Source: Promethearchaeati archaeon SRVP18_Atabeyarchaeia-1
GTDB lineage: Archaea; Asgardarchaeota; Atabeyarchaeia; Atabeyarchaeales; Atabeyarchaeaceae
Reading direction: 5' to 3'
NCBI GenBank assembly: GCA_037308085.1
Contig: CP147779.1
Coordinates: 896,001 to 960,000, forward strand
Length of the DNA: 64,000 nucleotides
Numbering within the stretch: the stretch's first letter is position 1; each line of letters begins with the position of its first letter. Shown here piece by piece: positions 56,990 to 64,000 of the stretch. The notes under the pieces were generated by a model, which had not been told where the DNA came from, ran no database searches, and saw only the letters and a program-made list of their open reading frames with translations. The position numbers were made by a program, and so were the translations under genes.

Positions 56990-57112
56990 ACCAGATTCAG
57001 CCTGCCTGTTTTTCCATCTTCCTTAGTCTTATTTTTATTTCTTCCACCCGGGAGATATATGCTACATGATGAAGTTTGAGCATTGCGAAGCAACGTGGCT
57101 ATGCAAGTCGGC

Positions 57113-57793
57113 TTAATCAAATAGTAGCTTAGCCACCCGAATCCTTATCTCACGAATTGCTCTATCGATTCTGGCCTCAAAAGTGTTGTCAATCATGATT
57201 GTTGCATCAGTTTTTCTGACTACAACTCCGCCGATCGACTTGGACTTTTCTTGGGACAACTTGACGGTCGTCTTCCTTCCAGTTTCCTTCTCTATGTTGC
57301 TCGAGATGGAATTGAGATCAAGGTTGGTCTTGGTACCCTTCCCAGCGAGAACTATTTCAAGCTCTCCGCCACCCAACCCTATTCCGCCTTCCTCTATTAG
57401 TTTCTGAAGTATCTTCTCGTAACCCTTTGAAGCTGTCAGTTCAATCAGTTTCTGTCTGGCTTTATCCATAGTCTCATTGATTAGTTGCTCCTTGCTTGCG
57501 ATGATCATCTGCTTTGCTTTGAGTCTTGCTTCGGCGACTTTCTGCATTTTCAGCGAGTCGGCTTCCTCTGAGCCACTCCGAGCGATCTTCTCCGCTTCCC
57601 TTTCGCCTTCTCTTCTAAGTTCTTCAATCGTTTCTTTCTTGCTTTTGTCGGCTTCCTTGAGGATCAGCTTTGCCTTATCCTCAGCCTCGTCCATGATCTT
57701 CTTCTCAATCTTCTTTATGCGTTCAGGTTCACCAGTGACTTCTATCTCCTCTATTCTCTTCTCCATCGATTCAGTGGCTTCTGCCTTGCTCAT
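57113..57793 (-). CDS. atpE: A/V-type ATP synthase subunit E
   Basis: Coiled-coil N-terminus, IGGVVV...DNTFEAR, VAKLLF. Confidence 0.88.
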   Translation of the reverse strand: MSKAEATESMEKRIEEIEVTGEPERIKKIEKKIMDEAEDKAKLILKEADKSKKETIEELRREGEREAEKIARSGSEEADSLKMQKVAEARLKAKQMIIASKEQLINETMDKARQKLIELTASKGYEKILQKLIEEGGIGLGGGELEIVLAGKGTKTNLDLNSISSNIEKETGRKTTVKLSQEKSKSIGGVVVRKTDATIMIDNTFEARIDRAIREIRIRVAKLLFD

Positions 57794-57807
57794 TATTGAT
57801 CACCAAC

Positions 57808-58134
57808 TTACTTCTGCTCGCCCATGGCGATACTAACCATGGCGTCGACAGCTAAAGGGATCTGTGATGAGGACTTACCCTTGAGTTCGTCGACCTCTTG
57901 CTTTGCGTTATTGAGGATTTCATTGCTTTCCTTTTCGGTCTCTTTATCTTTCTTTTTCCTGTAATCAGCGGCCTTCTTCTGGGCATCATCGATCAACTGT
58001 TTCTTGACCTTATCCCCCTCTTCGAGTGTCTTTTTCTTCGTCAACTCGGCCTTCTTGTTGGCGTCCTTGATGATGTCCTCCGCTTCAATCTCGATTTTTC
58101 TTATAGCTTCCAACGCGTTAGTCATGGCTATCAC
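57808..58134 (-). CDS. A/V-type ATP synthase subunit H/G
   Basis: LEAIRKIE.EA..II..A charged coiled coil adjacent to subunit E. Confidence 0.75.
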   Translation of the reverse strand: MIAMTNALEAIRKIEIEAEDIIKDANKKAELTKKKTLEEGDKVKKQLIDDAQKKAADYRKKKDKETEKESNEILNNAKQEVDELKGKSSSQIPLAVDAMVSIAMGEQK

Positions 58135-58371
58135 GGTTCTTAGCTCTATACCGTCGAACGACGTTTCATATCTATTCGATTCTATTTATACGTTTTCCAA
58201 GGTGCTAGCCCTTGTTTTCAGGCAAGAGGTATCATGTGTCTCGACCTAAACCTCATGCAATAGGTTTAAATCTCGATTATTATCGACATGATAACAATTT
58301 AGTCTGTGGTCTAAAACGGGCTAACTGACTCTGAGAAGCGCTCAAGATACTTCATCCGGAGAGACGCACAC

Positions 58372-60651
58372 ATGTTTACGCCAGCAAAGATGAACATTGC
58401 GAAGATAATTTGCACGAAGGACAACGAGAGAGAGGTTGTAAGAGCGCTTCATGAATCTGGGCTCGTGCAACTCATAGATGTTGAGAAGCGAGAGGGCTCG
58501 GCCGCTCGAAGCATCGAATACGAGAAGGACATCACGGCACTGCTTGCCCGAGTCGCCAGGATCAACGACTTTCTGAGAGTAAAGAAGACTGTAGCTCCCA
58601 AATTGAGGAAACCTGTCCGTGTCTCGGACAAGACGGTAGAGGAAGCAAAGAAGTACGCGGAAGAAATCTGCGAAGCGACTGAAAAGAAGATTGAGGATCT
58701 CAGGACGTCGGTTGCCGCTGTTCAACAGGGAAAAGACGAGCAAGTAGGGTTGCTCAAGGTTGCCCAAGCGCTTGAACCGACTGGAATCGATCTATCTCAT
58801 ATGGGTGGTGGACGGGATCTCCACGCAGTAGCCGGGTTAGTGAAGTCTTTAAGGGTCAGAAGGCTGGAGTGGAACATTAAGGAAGCAACAGATGATTTGT
58901 ACATATTCAATGAGGTTCAGATCGGAAAAGCAGAGAGCGTAGTTATCATAGGCGTTTTGAAGGAGAAACGCGAAATCTTGGAGCGGGTTCTGACCTCCTT
59001 CGGATTCCAAGAGTTCCGCGTCCCACAGGGTGTCAAGGGAAGTGCAAAGCAGATCGTTTCTGCCACTCAGAAGAAGATTTCTGACTTTGAGAAGCAGGCT
59101 GCTGATTATGAAGACCAGATAGACAAGCTCGGGAAGAAGTACGGAGAAGAGTTGCTCGTTGCAGAAGAACTTCTCCTTGTTGAGAAAGACAAAATAGAAG
59201 CCCAACGTCTGTTCCGAGAAACCGCTAATACTATCGAGATCTGGGGCTGGGTTCCACAGAAATCCAAAGGTAAACTCGAACAGATAATCGGCAAGGCAAC
59301 CGGCAATACTGCCATCTTGAGTTTCACCGACCCTCAATTTCCTCCTGAAGAGTATCCTTCTTTGATGAAAGTTCCCAAAGCTGCCTCCTCATATGAGCAA
59401 CTCGTGAAAGCTTATGGAAACCCAACCTATCATGAAATAAACCCAACGGACTTCTTCCTCCTGACATTCCCAATAATATTCGGTATCATGTTCGCGGATA
59501 TTGGTCACGGAACCGTTCTGCTCTTTGCAGGACTCATAGGGTACATCTTGCAGAAGGCAAGGTACCGTGCAGGTGAGGCGATGAATTACCTCCTCAAAGG
59601 ATGTTATATGCTGATAGCATGTGGCTTCGCGTCAATCATATTTGGGCTACTGTTCGGATCAGTCTGGGGATATCATAACCCTGCATATTGGTTCACCCCA
59701 GAAAACTTGGTGGGGCAGACATACCTAATAGAACTCTCAGTGTGGATCGGGGTATTCCAAATATCATTTGGATTGATCCTGAACCTGATTAACAGAATCA
59801 TGGAGCGGAAATTCACCGAAGCAGTCTTTGTGCCATTGATGCTGCTGATCACGTATTGGTCCGCCGCGCTTCTGATATTCGGCGTTGGCACGCACGTCAC
59901 AAACGGAATATACTTCATGAATTGGTTCCTGCCCGGACCATCTCTTGTATTAAAACTGCTATGGGTAAGAGTTCCACTGCCATTCCTGTCTCCCGTCACG
60001 GTCTTCCTTCTTGGCATGATCGCCCCTGTCGTTCTCTTTATCACATATGAGATAAGGCACCGCGGCGTGGAGGGATTCGGCGAAACTCTCGATTACCTGA
60101 TATCTCTTCTGAGCAACTCTGTGTCTTTTGCTCGGATATTTGCGCTGAATATAATTCACACGGTCATAAGTGTACTGTGCTTGGAGTTGGGTGTATTCCT
60201 AGTGCCTCAAGGCCAGTCTGGTGTACTCTCGACGGAGATAGGATTCAGTATCTTCCTAATGTTTGCGATAGGGTTAGTCGCAAGGCTGCGAATCGGATTT
60301 CGCAAAGGTTTGCTGGTCGGATTGGCCATAGGGATACCGGTGGCGGTTGCTCTGATCCAGATAGGGATAGTGCAGCCGATCTTCACTCTTCCAAACTGGT
60401 TCCCGAGCGCTTCAAGTGTGAGTAGTGTTCAACTCCCAGATGCTCCCCCCGTGCTAAACCTCACTTTTATTGGGGTTCTGATTGGTAGCGTCGTTATAGT
60501 TCCGTTTGAGGGGCTACTCTCGTTCCTTCAAACCCTGCGGCTCCACTGGGTTGAGTTCTTTTCGAAATTCTATATGGGTTCTGGTGAAGAGTTCAAGCCA
60601 TTCAAAGTCGAGCGGCATTTCACGCAGGTGGCGGTGAAGGCTGAGAAATAG
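58372..60651 (+). CDS. atpI: A/V-type ATP synthase subunit I (a)
   Basis: FGIMFADIGHG, SNSVSFARIFAL, LRLHWVEFFSKFY. Confidence 0.93.
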   Translation: MFTPAKMNIAKIICTKDNEREVVRALHESGLVQLIDVEKREGSAARSIEYEKDITALLARVARINDFLRVKKTVAPKLRKPVRVSDKTVEEAKKYAEEICEATEKKIEDLRTSVAAVQQGKDEQVGLLKVAQALEPTGIDLSHMGGGRDLHAVAGLVKSLRVRRLEWNIKEATDDLYIFNEVQIGKAESVVIIGVLKEKREILERVLTSFGFQEFRVPQGVKGSAKQIVSATQKKISDFEKQAADYEDQIDKLGKKYGEELLVAEELLLVEKDKIEAQRLFRETANTIEIWGWVPQKSKGKLEQIIGKATGNTAILSFTDPQFPPEEYPSLMKVPKAASSYEQLVKAYGNPTYHEINPTDFFLLTFPIIFGIMFADIGHGTVLLFAGLIGYILQKARYRAGEAMNYLLKGCYMLIACGFASIIFGLLFGSVWGYHNPAYWFTPENLVGQTYLIELSVWIGVFQISFGLILNLINRIMERKFTEAVFVPLMLLITYWSAALLIFGVGTHVTNGIYFMNWFLPGPSLVLKLLWVRVPLPFLSPVTVFLLGMIAPVVLFITYEIRHRGVEGFGETLDYLISLLSNSVSFARIFALNIIHTVISVLCLELGVFLVPQGQSGVLSTEIGFSIFLMFAIGLVARLRIGFRKGLLVGLAIGIPVAVALIQIGIVQPIFTLPNWFPSASSVSSVQLPDAPPVLNLTFIGVLIGSVVIVPFEGLLSFLQTLRLHWVEFFSKFYMGSGEEFKPFKVERHFTQVAVKAEK

Positions 60652-61453
60652 TGTGGGCTGTGGCCCTACTCCCTTCTAGGAGTTTTCGCGCGAAAGTGAT
60701 GTAGCCTGTGTGACCCACCATGAACGTCTCTGGGCGGGTTTTTCCTTCCCTGACCAATATCTTTCTCACAAGGCACTCGTAAGTCTGGATATCCTCGAAG
60801 AGACTCTCTTTCAGGGCCAGTACTGTCTTTTGAGTCTGCTCTATAGTCGGAGAATAAGACGAGATGATCCCGCTTCCCTTTAGCGCCTCCCGGGCATGTG
60901 AGACGACTAGCCATGGGGTAGCCAAATCCAAGATTACCGCATCCGCATCCTTCTCTTCAATTCCCTGAGTCACATCCTTGTTTTTGATCTCAACCCAGTT
61001 TGAGACGCCACAAAGTTCAAGGTTCTTCCTAGCCGAGTTTATGAATTCATTTCTTAACTCGTAGCTGTAGACAAACCCGGTTGGTCTGACAGAATTTGCC
61101 AGCATGGCTGTCAATGATGCACTCCCAGTGCCTGCCTCCACGATTCTGCTTCCGGGACCTAACCCACATTGGACAAGTATAAGGGCGGAATCCTTTGGGT
61201 ATACTATCTGAGTCGACCTAGCTAACTTGAGAAGAGCGAAGTCGGGTATGGTCGGCTTGAATACAAGGAATTCCTTGTTCTCAGTGCTTTCTACAATGAT
61301 TCCGAATTCCTTGCCCAATAAATCATCATGTCTGATAATACCCCTGTGAGTGTGAAGCTGGCCCCCTGGCTCAACCTTCACTATCCATCTCCGCTTATCA
61401 TCTAGGACTACGAGTGCATAATCCCCGCCATGAATAATGTTATCTTCTCGCAT
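60620..61453 (-). CDS. trmI: tRNA (adenine-N1)-methyltransferase
   Basis: TQIVYPKD, EAGTGSA, LDLATPW, HTGY. Confidence 0.93.
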   Translation of the reverse strand: MREDNIIHGGDYALVVLDDKRRWIVKVEPGGQLHTHRGIIRHDDLLGKEFGIIVESTENKEFLVFKPTIPDFALLKLARSTQIVYPKDSALILVQCGLGPGSRIVEAGTGSASLTAMLANSVRPTGFVYSYELRNEFINSARKNLELCGVSNWVEIKNKDVTQGIEEKDADAVILDLATPWLVVSHAREALKGSGIISSYSPTIEQTQKTVLALKESLFEDIQTYECLVRKILVREGKTRPETFMVGHTGYITFARKLLEGSRATAHTISQPSPPPA

Positions 61454-61603
61454 CTGACATCATTGGAACCAATTCGTTCAAAACAGGTAATCCCTTAGAG
61501 AGGTGTAATAACCGTAGCATCCTTTTAAACGTTAAAGAATAGTTCCAAGACGCGCTCTCTGCGACTCGTGACCCCATCTTCGAACTGGTGATAGTTCCAC
61601 GTG

Positions 61604-62116
61604 CTATCTTGGCTCTCCGATTACTAGCATGTCAACCATGTCGCTCTCCCATTCGGCGTCGCTGAAGACCCAGACCCTCTTCCCCAGCCCAAGATTGGCC
61701 TTCCTAATGATTTCCTTGGCCTGAGAAGTCTTCTCCGCATCTGGAAAGACCACTATGACACCTCTCATCGACGCGTTGTCCTTAATCGCCTGTAACCAGT
61801 CATCGATTTTCTTGCGTATTGCTCCCTCGGTCACGGGTTCAAACCAGTACTGCCACATGTAGATGTCCCTGTGTTCCATTTGATCGAGGAAAGACTCACA
61901 GCAGAAGCCGTTTACGAAAACCCTGCCTTCACAATCCCAGGCTCTGAATGTAAATGGGTCGAGCTTACAGCGGGAGCTGAGATCATGGCTGTAGTATCTA
62001 CACTCGTCCTTACTAGATGTGTGACCATAGATCAGGGCCCAAATCCTATCCTCTTTCACTCTAGGATCGGGCTTTTCTTTCGGTTTGTCCCCAGTGCCAA
62101 ATGTGGAGTTCGTCAT
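61604..62116 (-). CDS. Hypothetical Cys-containing protein
   Basis: Open frame with five Cys; likely ATG at 62116. Confidence 0.55.
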   Translation of the reverse strand: MTNSTFGTGDKPKEKPDPRVKEDRIWALIYGHTSSKDECRYYSHDLSSRCKLDPFTFRAWDCEGRVFVNGFCCESFLDQMEHRDIYMWQYWFEPVTEGAIRKKIDDWLQAIKDNASMRGVIVVFPDAEKTSQAKEIIRKANLGLGKRVWVFSDAEWESDMVDMLVIGEPR

Positions 62117-62404
62117 CAGCCCCAGCACCGTGCCAGACGCTTTGCCTGAGAAAGCTTTGCTCACAGAAACTAGACAGAGAGAAGATGCATGATAGGTATA
62201 TATAAATCTCAGTCTATACTGAATTTGAGGAAACCAGTTCTGCCCCTCTTTCAACAGGTATTCAGTATTCCTTCGAGCAGCTCGCTACGGTACTAGACAA
62301 CTGATCATACCCATCAACTTATACTTATTGGTACAACATGGGCTGAAAGCAAACACACATTGCGGACTCCACTACTCTCGAATCGACATCACAGCGGACG
62401 TGTG

Positions 62405-63517
62405 CTAAGAGCATTTCCCACTTATGTCTATTCTATGGTGGCAGTTAGAACAGTGATTGTCCGTCCTATCGATGTCGTGATATTTCGTGTTCAGTCCGAC
62501 GCGCTCTATTAGAAGTCTCTTACAAACTGGACAGTAGGTATTCTCTCCTACGTGCCCAGGAATATTCCCAACATAAACATACTTCAGACCTACTTCTAGA
62601 CCGATCTCCCTAGCTCTCTCCAGCATATTGACTGGCGTCTGCTCAGGGAGGCCGAATTCCGACGCTCTGTAAGCTGAGTAGTACCTCGTACAATGCCACG
62701 GAACTGTTGACCCCAGCTCATCTTTGATTCTTGTGGCAATTGATCTAAGTGTATTCTCATCGCCGTTGACTTGGGGAATCACCAGCGTGACTATTTCAAC
62801 ATGCCTTCCGCGCCTCTTAACTTCTCTCAGGTTGCGCCACACCAGCTCAACGTTGGCACCGCAGTACTTGCTGACAGCTTCGGCATTCCCCTTCACGTTA
62901 ACACAGAACGCGTCGCAACCGCTTCCGATAATAGCGCTGAGCGCCTCAGGAGTAGAATACAGGTTTGTCACGTAGGTGTTATAGAGACCTGATTGCTTGG
63001 CTATACCCATAACATCAAGAGAGTACTCGAAAAGTGACGTGGTTGGTTCATTGAAGGAGAAGGACGTCCCGCGGCAACCAGATTTCTTAGCCATTCCAAC
63101 GAGTCTCTCAGGGCTAATGTAATTCGCCTTAGAAGGGTCTGGGCGAGCTTTGCTGATGTCCCAGTTCTGACACCAGGGGCACGTGAAGTTGCAGCCGTAA
63201 CTTCCAACAGTCAGCGCTATGCTCCCTGGAGAAAAATGGAAAAACGGTTTCTTTTCAATAGGGTTCTCGCTAATATGTGATATGTCACCATACGTCAAGG
63301 CATAGAGCCTGCCTTCGATATTCAATCTTGCCCTGCAAAAGCCTGTCTTGCCTCTTTCTATCACGCATCTTCGTTCGCAAGTTTCACATTTGACGTCCCC
63401 TCTTGAGAAGGGTTCGTACAGTAGTGCCTCCTTTAACTGACCTTTCCAGAGAAGCTCGCAGTCTGAAGCCAAGTTAACTCGTCCCCTACTTGCGTCTGGA
63501 TCTGTCCTTGAGTTCAT
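62405..63517 (-). CDS. amrS: AmmeMemoRadiSam radical SAM enzyme
   Basis: CETCERRC, PIEKKPFFHF, GCNFTCPWCQNWDIS, YVYVGN, TYCP.C. Confidence 0.88.
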   Translation of the reverse strand: MNSRTDPDASRGRVNLASDCELLWKGQLKEALLYEPFSRGDVKCETCERRCVIERGKTGFCRARLNIEGRLYALTYGDISHISENPIEKKPFFHFSPGSIALTVGSYGCNFTCPWCQNWDISKARPDPSKANYISPERLVGMAKKSGCRGTSFSFNEPTTSLFEYSLDVMGIAKQSGLYNTYVTNLYSTPEALSAIIGSGCDAFCVNVKGNAEAVSKYCGANVELVWRNLREVKRRGRHVEIVTLVIPQVNGDENTLRSIATRIKDELGSTVPWHCTRYYSAYRASEFGLPEQTPVNMLERAREIGLEVGLKYVYVGNIPGHVGENTYCPVCKRLLIERVGLNTKYHDIDRTDNHCSNCHHRIDISGKCS

Positions 63518-63968
63518 CGACGATCAGCTTCACAACTCTGTCGATGCTATTGTTGACCCCCTTGCTGAGCTCGGTCGAATAAGCCTTCAGTTCAGTAATC
63601 TCAATTCCGTAGATCACGATTTCTCTGGGCATTTCGTCAGGGTACAGGGTCTTTCCTATCTTGATCATCTCGGCTAGCCCAATATCGTGAAGGGACATCG
63701 GATGCAACGAGGTCTTGACCTTCTCTTCTAGGTCGTTTTGGGTAAGCCGGTGTATTCTGCCCGGTTTGGCACCCGCAACTGCATCAATGAACAAGGCGCG
63801 CTCAACACCCTTAATGAAATTAAGAAGCGCTATGCCACCAACCCCACCTTCAATGAGTTCGACCTCATCAGGCAGTTTCTCGAGGCGCAGCCTGTTCAGG
63901 ACGTGGACTCCGACTCCTTCGTCCCCGAGTATTATGTTTCCAATGCCTATGACGACCACACGTTTCAT
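63486..63968 (-). CDS. Hydrogenase maturation protease
   Basis: GIGNIILGDEGVG, IDAV, SLHD. Confidence 0.92.
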   Translation of the reverse strand: MKRVVVIGIGNIILGDEGVGVHVLNRLRLEKLPDEVELIEGGVGGIALLNFIKGVERALFIDAVAGAKPGRIHRLTQNDLEEKVKTSLHPMSLHDIGLAEMIKIGKTLYPDEMPREIVIYGIEITELKAYSTELSKGVNNSIDRVVKLIVDELKDRSRRK

Positions 63969-64000
63969 TCCGTCGCATCACCTGTGGAATGGCAGAAACC

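Noticed and set aside
695-63207. Numerous short antisense or overlapping ORFs in the track (e.g. 4807-5376, 12137-12787, 19833-20372, 39881-40504)
   Set aside because: Shadows of well-supported genes on the opposite strand or in another frame, with no motifs

Overview
Archaeal chromosomal window from an anaerobe. The selenocysteine genes, eukaryote-like SECIS elements and gene content suggest an Asgard-type lineage (inference only). Metabolic content: TldD/TldE; two MetV/MetF pairs plus a third MetF-like gene and mer; iorAB split by a ~4.3 kb accessory island (PD-(D/E)xK nuclease, AbrB-like regulator, LAGLIDADG-HTH protein); ADP-forming acyl-CoA synthetase alpha; HdrABC with MvhDGA; thiolase, DUF35 and acyl-CoA dehydrogenase; a complex-I-like group 4 [NiFe] hydrogenase; and scattered A-type ATP synthase genes. 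The ORF track misses two things. (1) Both TnpB genes lie in ~1.26-1.29 kb elements bounded by shared imperfect terminal inverted repeats (GGTYCTGTTA...). One element has a perfect 8-bp target-site duplication and the other a 6/8 one. This is the architecture of an IS6-like DDE element, not of IS200/IS605. (2) There is a selenocysteine system: a 49-aa VhuU selenoprotein that supplies the L2 motif missing from MvhA, and a Sec-containing SelD. Each gene has a 3' AUGA/GA K-turn SECIS candidate, and the vhuU one is built on the gene's own stop codon. No rRNA, tRNA or CRISPR array was recognised. All assignments come from motif reading by eye; no database searches were run.
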